Assembly: GCA_035550975.1 (NCBI GenBank)
Contig: DASZOC010000016.1
Location: forward strand, 13,073 to 77,072
Reading direction: 5' to 3'
Source of the DNA: Actinomycetota bacterium
Lineage (GTDB): Bacteria; Actinomycetota; CADDZG01; WHSQ01
Length of the DNA: 64,000 nt
In this document: positions 36,846 through 46,538 of the stretch, in pieces
Numbering within the stretch: the first letter of the stretch is position 1
Layout: every line of letters starts with the position of its first letter
Translations under genes and position numbers: made by a program
The notes under the pieces: generated by a model
Databases searched by the model: none
The model's input: the letters and a program-made list of their open reading frames with translations, nothing else
What the model was told of the DNA's origin: nothing

Positions 36846-38111
36846 TCACGCCGCGTACTGGTCGAACGCGCCTTCGTCGAAGGGACCGACGACCGTCACC
36901 TGGAAGCGACCCGCGCCCATCACCATCTCTGCGACACGAGCGACGTCGTCCATCGTCAGCCTGTCGAAGCGCTCGATGAGCTCGTCGATCGAAAGGATCT
37001 CGCCGGTCGTCAGCTGCTGTTTCCCGAGGCGGTTCATCCTGCTGCCGGGATCCTCCGAAGCCAGCACGAGCGAACCGCGCACGTGGCCCTTCGCCCGGTC
37101 GAACTCGGCTTGGGTAACGCCGTCGGTCACGATCGAGCCGACCTCCGCGAGCGCGATGTCGATCACCGTCTCTGCGTTCTGCGGAGTCGTTCCGGCATAG
37201 ACCGCGAAGGTCCCGGTATCGGCAAACAACGCCCGATAGGAGTAGACGGAGTACGCGAGCCCCCGCTTCTCGCGGATCTCCTGGAACAGCCGCGACGACA
37301 TGCCGCCGCCGAGGATCGTGTCCAGCAACGCCAGCGCATGGCGGTCTCGATGGCTGCGCGAGAGACCTTCGGTCCCTACGACGATGTGGGCTTGCTCGGT
37401 AGGACGCTTGTGGACGTTGACGTTCAGCTTCGCTTCCGGCGCGGGGCCGGTGCGCGACGTGCGCAAGCCGTCGCCGGCAGCGAACAGGGCGTCGACCTGG
37501 CGGACGAGGTAGTCGTGATCGAGGTTACCGGCCGCGGCTACGACGAGGTTGCTCGGCGCGTAGCGGTCGCGCCAGTAGGACGCGACCTCGTCGCGCGCCA
37601 CGTTGCCGATCGTCTCGTTGAACCCGAGCACCGGGCGCCCCAGTGGATGGCCGTCCCACAGCCGCCGGTAGAACAGGTCGTGAACGAGCTCGTCCGGTGC
37701 GTCCTCGTGCATCGCGATCTCTTCCAGGATCACGTTGCGCTCCGAATCGAAGTCGGCGGGGTCGATCTTGGAGTTCAAGATCATGTCGGACAGGACGTCC
37801 AGAGCCATCGGCAGGTCGTCGGAGATGACCCGCGAGTAGTAGCAGGTGTACTCCTTGCCGGTGAACGCGTTCACGTCGCCACCCACGGCATCGAACTCGT
37901 CGGCGATCTCCTTGGCGGACCGCTTCGGCGTGCCCTTGAACAGCAGGTGCTCGAGAAAATGCGACGTGCCCGCCAGGTTGTCGGGCTCGTCGCGGGCACC
38001 AACGTCGAACCAGAAGCCGCACGACACCGAGCGCACCTCGGTCATCGTCTCGGTCACGACGGTAGCGCCCGAATCGAGAACGGTCCGGGCGAAGCGGTTG
38101 TCGGTGGTCAA
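36846..38111 (-). CDS. Zinc protease, peptidase M16 (pitrilysin/insulinase) family
   Basis: Inverted zinc motif HFLEHLLFKGT; 421 aa with two M16 halves. Confidence 0.85.
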   Translation of the reverse strand: MTTDNRFARTVLDSGATVVTETMTEVRSVSCGFWFDVGARDEPDNLAGTSHFLEHLLFKGTPKRSAKEIADEFDAVGGDVNAFTGKEYTCYYSRVISDDLPMALDVLSDMILNSKIDPADFDSERNVILEEIAMHEDAPDELVHDLFYRRLWDGHPLGRPVLGFNETIGNVARDEVASYWRDRYAPSNLVVAAAGNLDHDYLVRQVDALFAAGDGLRTSRTGPAPEAKLNVNVHKRPTEQAHIVVGTEGLSRSHRDRHALALLDTILGGGMSSRLFQEIREKRGLAYSVYSYRALFADTGTFAVYAGTTPQNAETVIDIALAEVGSIVTDGVTQAEFDRAKGHVRGSLVLASEDPGSRMNRLGKQQLTTGEILSIDELIERFDRLTMDDVARVAEMVMGAGRFQVTVVGPFDEGAFDQYAA

Positions 38112-38117
38112 GACGAT

Positions 38118-40499
38118 CTAGTTGTCGTCGCGGCGAGGAGCGCGCTCGCGGCGCGGCCCCCCTCGGTCGCCTCCGCGATCGCCGCGGTCGTCCCGGCGTG
38201 GGCCGCGATCGCCGCGGCCCCGTCCGCGGTCGCCGCCGTCACGGCGGGGGCCGCGGTCACGGTCGCCGCCACCACCACTGCCCTGGGCCGCAAGCGCACG
38301 AGCCTCCTCGATCGTCTTGCCCTCCGCGACCTGGCGCTCGAGCCACGCCAGCGGCGTCAGGTTGATGCGTCCCTGACGGTCGATGTCGGTCACCTCGACC
38401 TCGATCTGGTCGCCGACGTTCACCGCGTCTTCGACGCGCTCGATCCGCTCCGCCGAGAGCTTCGAGATGTGGACGAGACCGTCACGGTTCGGAGCGATGT
38501 TGACGAACGCTCCGAACGTCGTCGCCTTGACCACGATCCCGGTGACGCGCTCGCCGACCTCCGGCATACGCGGGTTGACCGTCTCTTCGATCAGGCGGGC
38601 TGCTGCTTCTGCCGATTCCTGGTCCGTCGACCCGATCCTGATCGTGCCGTCGTCGTCGATGTCGATCTCGACACCGGTAGTGGTCGTGATCATGTTGATG
38701 TTCTTGCCCTTGGGGCCGATGACCTCGCCGATCTTGTCCACCGGGACCTGGATCGCGAGAACCCGCGGCGCGTACTCCGCAAGCTCGGCGCGCGGCGTCG
38801 AGATCGTCTTGTTCATCTCGCCGATGATGTGCAGACGGGCTTTCTGCGCGGCTTCGAGGGCCTCTCGCAGGACCTCCGCAGGCACGCCCGAGATCTTCGT
38901 GTCGAGCTGCAGCGCGGTGACGACGTCCTCGGTGCCGGCGACCTTGAAGTCCATGTCACCGAACGCGTCCTCGTCGCCAAGGATGTCGGTGAGCGGAAGG
39001 AACTTGTCCTCTTCGGCGATGAGCCCCATCGCTACGCCCCCGACGTGCTTGCCGCCGCGGATGGGGACACCCGCGTCCATCAGCGCGAGCGACGAGCCAC
39101 ACACGCTGGCCATCGAGGTCGAGCCGTTGGAGCTCATGATCTCGGACACGACGCGGATCGTGTAGGGGAAGTCCGACTTCGGTGGAACGATCGCGCCGAT
39201 CGCCTTCTCGGCCAGTGCGCCGTGGCCGATCTCGCGCCGCTTCGGCCCCCGCATGAACCCGGCTTCACCGGTCGAGTAAGGCGGGAAGTTGTAGTGGTGC
39301 ATGTAGCGCTTCCGGTCCTCGGGAGACAGGTCGTCGATCATCTGCTCCATCCGCGCCATGCCGAGGGTCGCGACCGACAGTGCCTGCGTCTCACCCCTGG
39401 TGAACAGGCCGGAGCCGTGGACCCGCGGAAGCACGCCGATCTGAGACCAGATCGGGCGGACTTCGTCGATGCGCCGGCCGTCGAGACGAACGTTCTCGTC
39501 GACGACGCGCTTGCGGACGAGCTTCTTGGTCAGCGAGCGCAGCGCGGCCGAGACCTGAGCGGACTCCTCCGGGAACTCTTCCACGAGCTTCGTCGCGACC
39601 TCGCTGCCGATCTCTGCGAGACGCGCCCTCCGCTCGGCCTTCGCCGTGATCGTGATCGCCTCGGCGATCGCCGATTCGGCCTCCGCTCGGACCCGCTCGA
39701 AGATCTCGTCGGTGTAGTCGGAGAAGAGTTGGTAGTCACCGTCGTCTCCGACCGTGCCCTTCGGCTTGCCGGCCATCTCGACCAGCTCTTGCTGCAGCGA
39801 GATCGCCTCGGCGATGTAGGGCTTCGATTCCTCGATGCCCTCCGCGAGGAGGTCCTCGTTGGGGGCAGTCGCGCCGGCGTCGATCAGCTCGAAGCAGCGC
39901 TCGGAGGCGCCGGCTTCGATCATCATGATGTCGACCTCGCCCGAATCGTTCTTACGACCCGCGACGACGAGCTCGATCGTCGACTCTTCTTCCTGCTCGT
40001 GCGTCGGGTTCGCGACCCACTGCCCGTCGATGTGGCTGAGCCGAACGCACCCCACAGGTCCTTCGAACGGCATGTCCGACAGCGACAGCGCCGCCGACGC
40101 GGCGTTGACCGACACGATGTCCATCGGGTTCGACCCGTCGACCGTGAGGGCGGTGATGACGACGTGGACCTCGTTGCGGAACCCGTCGGGGAATGCCGGG
40201 CGCATCGGGCGGTCGATCAGACGGCAGAGAAGGATGCCCTTCTCCGACGCGCGGCCCTCACGCCGGAAGAACCCACCGGGGATCTTGCCGGCCGCGTACA
40301 TCCGTTCCTCGACGTCGACCGTCAACGGGAAGAAGTCTCCGCCCGCCCGCGGTGCGGACGACGTCGCCGTCGCGAGCACGGTCGTCTCCCCGACCGACGC
40401 GAGTACCGCGCCGCCGGCTTGTCCGGCCAGACGGCCGGTCTCGAACTTGAAAACCTTGTCGCCGATCTTTCGTTCGACGGACTTCGGCTCTGGTTGCAT
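38118..40499 (-). CDS. pnp: Polyribonucleotide nucleotidyltransferase (PNPase) with an Arg/Gly/Asp-rich C-terminal tail
   Basis: ATG 40499 follows TAAGGAGGAG. Two RNase PH domains, KH, S1, then a 54-aa GGGGDRDRGPRRDGGDRGRGRGD.. tail. Confidence 0.95.
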   Translation of the reverse strand: MQPEPKSVERKIGDKVFKFETGRLAGQAGGAVLASVGETTVLATATSSAPRAGGDFFPLTVDVEERMYAAGKIPGGFFRREGRASEKGILLCRLIDRPMRPAFPDGFRNEVHVVITALTVDGSNPMDIVSVNAASAALSLSDMPFEGPVGCVRLSHIDGQWVANPTHEQEEESTIELVVAGRKNDSGEVDIMMIEAGASERCFELIDAGATAPNEDLLAEGIEESKPYIAEAISLQQELVEMAGKPKGTVGDDGDYQLFSDYTDEIFERVRAEAESAIAEAITITAKAERRARLAEIGSEVATKLVEEFPEESAQVSAALRSLTKKLVRKRVVDENVRLDGRRIDEVRPIWSQIGVLPRVHGSGLFTRGETQALSVATLGMARMEQMIDDLSPEDRKRYMHHYNFPPYSTGEAGFMRGPKRREIGHGALAEKAIGAIVPPKSDFPYTIRVVSEIMSSNGSTSMASVCGSSLALMDAGVPIRGGKHVGGVAMGLIAEEDKFLPLTDILGDEDAFGDMDFKVAGTEDVVTALQLDTKISGVPAEVLREALEAAQKARLHIIGEMNKTISTPRAELAEYAPRVLAIQVPVDKIGEVIGPKGKNINMITTTTGVEIDIDDDGTIRIGSTDQESAEAAARLIEETVNPRMPEVGERVTGIVVKATTFGAFVNIAPNRDGLVHISKLSAERIERVEDAVNVGDQIEVEVTDIDRQGRINLTPLAWLERQVAEGKTIEEARALAAQGSGGGGDRDRGPRRDGGDRGRGRGDRGPRRDDRGDRGGDRGGPRRERAPRRDDN

Positions 40500-40713
40500 G
40501 TGTCTCCTCCTTAGGAAACGAGCACCCTCTTTTTGGGCGCTCCTTCGTGGGAGGAGAGGCACCAGCCCATCAGTTCTCAGTGGTAAGTCCGTTCGCCGTC
40601 GTCACTGGTTCGCGACACGAACGGGCTTGCGACTGATAACCGATCAGACCGGCCCTCTCCTTAGTGCTGACTATCTTCGGTGCCGGGCCGTCTCCTTTCG
40701 CTCGGTGCCGGGG
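40500..40713 (-). promoter_or_regulatory. rpsO-pnp spacer / pnp leader (candidate Actino-pnp-type structured leader)
   Basis: A 214-nt untranslated spacer containing a CCGTTCG/CGAACGG stem, a CTGAT/ATCAG stem and a duplicated CGGCACCGA. The motif assignment has not been verified. Confidence 0.35.
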
Positions 40714-40983
40714 TTATCGACGCAAGCCGAGCTTGGCGATGATCGAACGATAGCGCTCGATGTCTTCGCGCCGCAGGTAGTCGAGCAGGCGCTTGCGGCG
40801 CCCGACCATACGCAGCAGCCCACGGCGCGAGTGGTGGTCCTTGGGATGCGTCTTGAGGTGCTCGGTCAGCTCGGTGATGCGCTGCGTGAGGACTGCCACC
40901 TGAACCTCGGGCGACCCGGTGTCGCCGTCGGACCGCGCGTGGTCAGAGATCAGCTTTTGCTTTTCTTCCTTGACCAATGCCAT
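40714..40983 (-). CDS. rpsO: 30S ribosomal protein S15
   Basis: 89 aa, ..[35 protein letters not shown].. Confidence 0.95.
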   Translation of the reverse strand: MALVKEEKQKLISDHARSDGDTGSPEVQVAVLTQRITELTEHLKTHPKDHHSRRGLLRMVGRRKRLLDYLRREDIERYRSIIAKLGLRR

Positions 40984-41065
40984 GCGCGCTGCGATCTACC
41001 TTTCGTCGTTCCGGGACGCCCGTGGGTCCGACACTTCCCCTTCGGGCTCGCAGCATCGTACCAGG

Positions 41066-41584
41066 TCACTCCGGCGGGGCCGAGGTGCGCCGCCGGGCCA
41101 GGATCGCACGCGCTGTGAGAGCAGAAACGAACAGGGAGATGACCGCCACGACCGACATCCACACCTGCCCGTCCCAGTCGGGGGTAAAGGTCGCTACGGC
41201 CGCGAAGAAACCGAACGCGCACGCGGCGTAGATGACGCCGAACAGGACCCCGGACGCGACCGGGCGGTCGTGACCACGCAACCGGAGCAGCCCGGCCGCA
41301 CCGGCGCCGCCTCCGACGACCGCGCCGATACAGGTCCAGATGGCGACCGTGACGATCCCCTCGAACCCGTCGCTGGGTTGGCTGTCGACGTACGCGACCG
41401 AGGCGAGCATCGCGAGGAACCCACCGAAGACTCCGCCGAGGGCTCCGCCTATCGCGGTGGGGACCCATCCCGCGGGGCCGCCGACGCGATGGTCGGCCCG
41501 CGGCTCCTCGTCGGGCATGACCATGGGTCGCCCCTCCCGCGCGTCCGGCTCGGTGGCGTCCGGTGGCCGGGACCTGTCGCTCAT
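41066..41584 (-). CDS. Small Gly/Ala-rich membrane protein, function unknown
   Basis: The ATG at 41584 overlaps the upstream stop (ATGA). The 172-aa product has 4 hydrophobic segments. The rest of the 391-aa maximal ORF is Arg-rich junk. Confidence 0.55.
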   Translation of the reverse strand: MSDRSRPPDATEPDAREGRPMVMPDEEPRADHRVGGPAGWVPTAIGGALGGVFGGFLAMLASVAYVDSQPSDGFEGIVTVAIWTCIGAVVGGGAGAAGLLRLRGHDRPVASGVLFGVIYAACAFGFFAAVATFTPDWDGQVWMSVVAVISLFVSALTARAILARRRTSAPPE

Positions 41585-43155
41585 CGGGTGACCTCCTTCG
41601 TAGTGAACGGGAACAGCACGGGCTTGAAGCGGTGGTACATCAAAGAGCACGCCAGCAACAACACGCCGATCCCGACGAAACCGATCAATCTCTGCAGGGT
41701 GTCGAGCAGCCACAGGTCGTGGAGCGACATCTTCACGAGAGTTACGCCGAACAACACGAGAGCGACCATGCGCGCGGCTTGCGACCTCACGGCTATGCCT
41801 ACCGCCAGCATCACGCTCGCATACACCGACCACACGCCCGACAGACCGAACTGCAGGTCTGCCGCCCGGGGCATCACCCGGCCCTGGTGCGATACGAACG
41901 AGTAGACCTCGAGGCTCAGCCACAGGATCGTCAGGAAGCTCGCGGCACCGACGGCAGCGCCGGTGAGGTCGTCCCACAATGCGTCTCTCTCGACGACGAC
42001 GGCGAGATAGAGAGCCGCTATCACAGTGATGAACACGAAGCGCCCGAAGTGGTCGTTGATCGCTCCTACGGGGTCGACCCATGTCAGCGCGAGCTGGACA
42101 CTCGCAGCCAAAGCGAGGATGCCCCACGCGGCCCACCGCACCAGATCTTGTTTCACGACAACCGCCACGCCGAACAACAGAAGGGCTTCGACGGCCCAAC
42201 CGAACGCCATCAGGTCGGTCCCGAGCTCCACCGGCGACCACAGCGTGAGGAACAACAGCGACATGACGGCGCTCGACGAACCGATCGCGACGTCATCGCG
42301 TCCCCGGACGCGAACGACCCACAGGCCCGCGAGGAACACGAGCGCCATCGCCAGCGTGAACCACCCCCGCAACGGCTCGAGGTCACCCTGAAGCCGGACG
42401 AAGACGGCGAAGTAGTAGATCAACCCGTTAACCGGCACGAACGCCATATCCGACACGCCGTTGTGCTTGCCCACCAACAGGCGGACGTACGGCAGGGCAC
42501 CGAACATCAGGAAGACCCCCGTTGCGGCGGCGAGCGACACCTCGGCCCCCGCGTCGCCTACCTCGAAGACGATCCAGCTCGCGGTGAACGCGACCTTCTC
42601 GAGGATCGCCCACGGGCGCACGAAGACCAACACGACCACCGCCAGGTCGATGCACAAGGTGTAGAGGTAGAGGCCGTAAGGCATGTCCGCGCTCGCCCCG
42701 GTGACGAATGGGTTGACGAAGCCGCCGATCAGCGCGAGTAACGCAAGCGCCTGCGAGTCGTGGCGCAGCGCGAGCGCGCACCCCAAGCCGCTGACGCCGA
42801 GGAGACAGACGAATCCGACCGACGGCGCCACCAGCTGGTAGACGCCTACCGTCGCCCACAGAGTGAGATACATCAGCGCGATGCCTCCGCCGGTGATCGC
42901 ACCGGCATACGCGGTCCACTCGCGCTTGCGCGTCCAGTCACCGATGGTCACGAGCACCGAGCTCAGCAGCAACCCCACCATCACGCGCAGCTGGGGGCCG
43001 ACCCAACCTTGGTCGATCGCGTACTTGAATCCGAACCCGGCACCGAGGACGACCGCCAGTGCCCCGATCCGCGGGAACCACTTCCCGATGAGTTCGTCCT
43101 CGACCCGGTTGTCCCGGGCCGGATGCGAAACCGCGTTGCTCATGCGTCGATCCAT
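41581..43155 (-). CDS. DUF2339-like polytopic membrane protein
   Basis: 524 aa with more than 12 hydrophobic segments. The N-terminus ..WFPRIGALAVVLGAGFGFKYAIDQGW is typical of DUF2339. Confidence 0.65.
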   Translation of the reverse strand: MDRRMSNAVSHPARDNRVEDELIGKWFPRIGALAVVLGAGFGFKYAIDQGWVGPQLRVMVGLLLSSVLVTIGDWTRKREWTAYAGAITGGGIALMYLTLWATVGVYQLVAPSVGFVCLLGVSGLGCALALRHDSQALALLALIGGFVNPFVTGASADMPYGLYLYTLCIDLAVVVLVFVRPWAILEKVAFTASWIVFEVGDAGAEVSLAAATGVFLMFGALPYVRLLVGKHNGVSDMAFVPVNGLIYYFAVFVRLQGDLEPLRGWFTLAMALVFLAGLWVVRVRGRDDVAIGSSSAVMSLLFLTLWSPVELGTDLMAFGWAVEALLLFGVAVVVKQDLVRWAAWGILALAASVQLALTWVDPVGAINDHFGRFVFITVIAALYLAVVVERDALWDDLTGAAVGAASFLTILWLSLEVYSFVSHQGRVMPRAADLQFGLSGVWSVYASVMLAVGIAVRSQAARMVALVLFGVTLVKMSLHDLWLLDTLQRLIGFVGIGVLLLACSLMYHRFKPVLFPFTTKEVTR

Positions 43156-43156
43156 G

Positions 43157-44494
43157 TCAACCTCCGATCGGTGTTCTCGGGGACGTGAGGACGCGGTACC
43201 CCGCGACCACGAGCGCTGCGTTGAAGAAAGGCTGCGTCGGCAGCGCCGTCAGCGACCCGGCGGGGCCAAACGCGAAGCCGAACTGCGCGAATCCGGCGAG
43301 GCCCGCGACAAGAGCGACGACACCACCGGCTACTGCGAAGCGGGGCATCGCGACGCGCCTGTCGGTGACGCCCGCGGCCGACGGACGCTCGAAACGTCCG
43401 AAGGCAACGACGAATCCCGCCAGGATCGTGCTCAACGCGACGAGCCAGAGCGGACGCCACGCCCACCACGCACCGGTCCCACCGACCGGCTGCGGGAAGC
43501 CCAGCGGATACAGGACCAGAACGGCCACGAGCAGAGCGGTCAGGTGCCAGAGGAACACCGTCATGATCATGGAGTTCGCCGCGATGACGGCGGTCCAGTT
43601 GCGCGGCCGCTGCAGCCAGCGAGAGGCGGCCGGGCGCAGGAGCATCGCGACGCTGACGAGCCACAGCGTCAGGACGATCAGACAGATCGTCGGCGGAGAG
43701 TTGTTCGATGCCGCCTCCGATCGCATCCCCACCATGCTGGGCGAATAGATGCCGCTCCCGGTAAGGAGCGCGAGAACCGACAACGAGGACACCGCCGCTA
43801 GTGCGGACAGCCGCCGGGAGAGCCGCAGCGCGCCGTCGGCGTAGAAGTACCCGAGCTGGTGAGCGAACAGCCACACGAAGGCGAAGTTCAGATAGCCTAC
43901 GACCGTCAGGTCCCCGGCGATCCTGATGACGTCGACGATGGCGGCAGCTGCGAACAACGCGACCAGCACGCGGGCCCCGAACCGCTCGTGGAACGCGGCC
44001 ATCACCGGCGCAAGGGCAACGACGAGGACATAGACCGCGAGGAACCAGAGCGGCTTCGCGAGCAACTCCGTCGCCTTCGACATCGCTTCGAACGACGCGG
44101 GTGCGATCGTCGCGGCGATGCCGGCGACGATCGTCCACGCCGCAACGAAGACCATCGTGGGGCGCATCAGTCTCGTCGTCCGGGTCCTGAGGTACGTCGC
44201 GTAGGTCTCGTTACGCCTGCGGATGCCCCGCCACGCGACGAGGTTCGAGAAACCTCCGACGAAGAAGAACAGCGGCATCACCTGAAGGACCCAGGTCGCG
44301 AGCCAGAGACCGGGGACGACGTCGAGGGCGCTCGCCCCCTCGAAGCGGGCGCCGTCGAAGTACACGACCGCCATCAGCCAGTGCCCCAGGACTACGACCG
44401 CGATGCTGAACGCGCGTAGCAGGTCCACGTAGCGGTCGCGCGAATCGGGCGTAGCTGCCGCCATCTCGCCCAGCGTGTTCGACCTGGATGCCAT
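43157..44494 (-). CDS. Acyltransferase family 3 (OafA/YrhL-like) membrane protein
   Basis: RYVDLLRAFSIAVVVLGHW motif and about 10 TM segments. Confidence 0.8.
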   Translation of the reverse strand: MASRSNTLGEMAAATPDSRDRYVDLLRAFSIAVVVLGHWLMAVVYFDGARFEGASALDVVPGLWLATWVLQVMPLFFFVGGFSNLVAWRGIRRRNETYATYLRTRTTRLMRPTMVFVAAWTIVAGIAATIAPASFEAMSKATELLAKPLWFLAVYVLVVALAPVMAAFHERFGARVLVALFAAAAIVDVIRIAGDLTVVGYLNFAFVWLFAHQLGYFYADGALRLSRRLSALAAVSSLSVLALLTGSGIYSPSMVGMRSEAASNNSPPTICLIVLTLWLVSVAMLLRPAASRWLQRPRNWTAVIAANSMIMTVFLWHLTALLVAVLVLYPLGFPQPVGGTGAWWAWRPLWLVALSTILAGFVVAFGRFERPSAAGVTDRRVAMPRFAVAGGVVALVAGLAGFAQFGFAFGPAGSLTALPTQPFFNAALVVAGYRVLTSPRTPIGG

Positions 44495-44641
44495 CCGGGC
44501 TCCTTTCTCGATCGGAGATGGCTCTAGGTTCGTCCGATCCGGCTCCCGCGCCTATCGGCGATCGTCCGGGTTGCGGCGGGAGAACTCCCCATCTCTGTCT
44601 GGGTACTTCCGGAACCCGACTCGCGTGAGAACCTTCGGGCG

Positions 44642-45868
44642 ATGAGCGACCACGCACGGAGCGGCCGGTTGAAGCCGCTCGAGACCCTCAGGGGCGGCTC
44701 CCGGTCGCTCGTCACCGGCGCTCTCGTGTTCCGGTGGGTGTGGCTGCTGTGGATGACGGGTCTGGCCGCTATCGGTCAGGACGAGATGGCACGGGCGTGG
44801 CTGGCGTGGCTCTCGATCGGCGCCGCGGCGTCGTGGACCTTGTGGCTGACGCTCGCGCGCTCGTCGTGGAACACGACGGTCATGCTCTTCGACGTCGCGC
44901 TGGCGGTCTGGATGGTCGGCGCGTCCTCGTTCGTGGTGCAAGAAGGCGAGGTCATCCTCGGCCGCCCCTTCTTCGCCACGGGTTACCCGTTGAGCGCCCC
45001 CCTGCTGTGGGGCGCGCTGCGGGGGCCGGTCGTCGGCGCGATCACCGCAGGCATCCTGGGGGTCGCGCACCTGCTCACGCGCCCGTTGAACGGGATCCCG
45101 CTGAACGAGCTGTCGCCGGAGCAGGTCCAGAACGTCACCGGAGCGATGCTGAACTACATCGTCGCGGGTATAGCCGTCGGGCTGGTCACGCGGTTGTTGC
45201 AGAGGTCGGCGCAGGCGCTCGAGGCCGCGAACGAAGAAGCGCTCCAGCAGCGAGAGCTAAGCGCTCGTCTGGCGGAAAGAGAGTCACTCGCGCGAGCGAT
45301 CCACGACTCGGTCCTTCAATCGCTGGCTCTGATCCACAAGCGCGGCAGCGCGCTCGCGACGAGATCTACGGTCGAGCCGCACGAGGTCTCGGAGATCGCC
45401 GAGATCGCACGGAGGCAACAGGAGGAGCTGAGATCAGTCATCTTGCGCGAGCCGGAGCCGTCGCCGACCGGCCGGCTGTCGCTCCGCGATGCTCTCGAAG
45501 CGTCGGCGAGGGACGTCGACGGGATAAAGGTCAACGTAAGCGCGGTCGGGCCGCTGTGGCTTCCGACGCACGTCTCGAACGAGCTCCAGGCCGCGGTGCG
45601 GCAGGCCGTGGAGAACGCGGCTCGTCATTCCGGAGCCCCTGCGGCGACCGTGTTCGCCGAAGACGACGGGGGTGATGTCGTCGTGACCGTGAGGGACGAT
45701 GGTGCGGGTTTCACCTACGACGAGGCACGGCTGAACGCCGAGGGCAAAGTAGGGATCTCGAAGAGTATGAAGGGAAGGGTCGAGGACCTCGGAGGAACGA
45801 TGCACATCACGTCGGCGCCCGGCAAGGGAACGGAGGTCGAGTTCCGGGTGCCGTTGAGCGATGGCTGA
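44642..45868 (+). CDS. Sensor histidine kinase, HisKA_3 / NarL-partner class (MacS-like membrane N-domain)
   Basis: N-terminal TM helices, H-box ERESLARAIHDSVLQSL, and HATPase_c N and G boxes (VENAARHS, DDGAGF, GKGTEV). Confidence 0.85.
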   Translation: MSDHARSGRLKPLETLRGGSRSLVTGALVFRWVWLLWMTGLAAIGQDEMARAWLAWLSIGAAASWTLWLTLARSSWNTTVMLFDVALAVWMVGASSFVVQEGEVILGRPFFATGYPLSAPLLWGALRGPVVGAITAGILGVAHLLTRPLNGIPLNELSPEQVQNVTGAMLNYIVAGIAVGLVTRLLQRSAQALEAANEEALQQRELSARLAERESLARAIHDSVLQSLALIHKRGSALATRSTVEPHEVSEIAEIARRQQEELRSVILREPEPSPTGRLSLRDALEASARDVDGIKVNVSAVGPLWLPTHVSNELQAAVRQAVENAARHSGAPAATVFAEDDGGDVVVTVRDDGAGFTYDEARLNAEGKVGISKSMKGRVEDLGGTMHITSAPGKGTEVEFRVPLSDG

Positions 45869-46520
45869 GAACGAGCCGATCCGCGTCCTGGTCGTCGACG
45901 ACCATCCCGTGTGGCGCAGCGGCGTGCGCAACGACCTCGAGACGAGCGGTGTCGCCGAGGTCGTGGGCGAGGCCGAGGACGGGGGCGAGGCGATCGAGAT
46001 GGCGCGCGAGGTCATGCCCGAGGTGGTGCTGATGGACCTCCAGCTCCCGCAGGTCTCCGGCGTCGACGCGACGCGCCAGATCACGGCCGACTCGCCCCAC
46101 GTGAAGGTCCTGGTGTTATCGGCTTCGGGCGAGGAGACTGACGTGTTGGAGGCCGTCAAGGCTGGAGCGTCCGGATACCTGCTGAAGAGCGCTGCATCCG
46201 ACGAGCTCGTCGCCGCGATCACGCGCGTGCGCGCGGGCGAACCGGTCTTCACGCCGTCTCTCGCGGGGCTCGTGCTGTCGGAGTTCCGGCGCATAGCAGG
46301 CACCGACCCCGCCGAGCCGGAGCTGACCGCGCGCGAGAACGAGGTCCTGAAACTGGTCGCGAAGGGCTACACGTATCGTGAGATCGGCGAGAAGCTGTTC
46401 ATCTCGACGAAGACGGTGCAGAACCACGTGCAGAACATCCTGACGAAGCTTCAGCTCAAGAAGCGCTACGAGCTGATGCGCTACGGGATCCAGAAGGGCC
46501 TCGACCGAGCGCCGGATTAG
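45861..46520 (+). CDS. LuxR/NarL family response regulator
   Basis: Receiver domain (VLVVDDHPV, VLMDLQLP) plus a C-terminal HTH LTARENEVLKLVAKGYTYREIGEKLFISTKTVQNHV. 8-nt overlap with the kinase gene. Confidence 0.9.
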   Translation: MAENEPIRVLVVDDHPVWRSGVRNDLETSGVAEVVGEAEDGGEAIEMAREVMPEVVLMDLQLPQVSGVDATRQITADSPHVKVLVLSASGEETDVLEAVKAGASGYLLKSAASDELVAAITRVRAGEPVFTPSLAGLVLSEFRRIAGTDPAEPELTARENEVLKLVAKGYTYREIGEKLFISTKTVQNHVQNILTKLQLKKRYELMRYGIQKGLDRAPD

Positions 46521-46538
46521 CCGGTTCTACAGAGCGCG

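Noticed and set aside
36456-40514. A very long plus-strand ORF (1352 aa) spanning the dapB-M16-pnp region.
   Set aside because: It is antisense to three well-supported minus-strand genes. Its composition is extremely Arg/Asp/Val/Gly-biased (RRHA.., DRLG..) and it has no recognisable motifs. This is the classic high-GC antisense open frame. The same reasoning rejects 33470..35608, 50875..53196, 31230..32945, 1019..2665, 5745..7184, 48668..49867 and 59696..61312.
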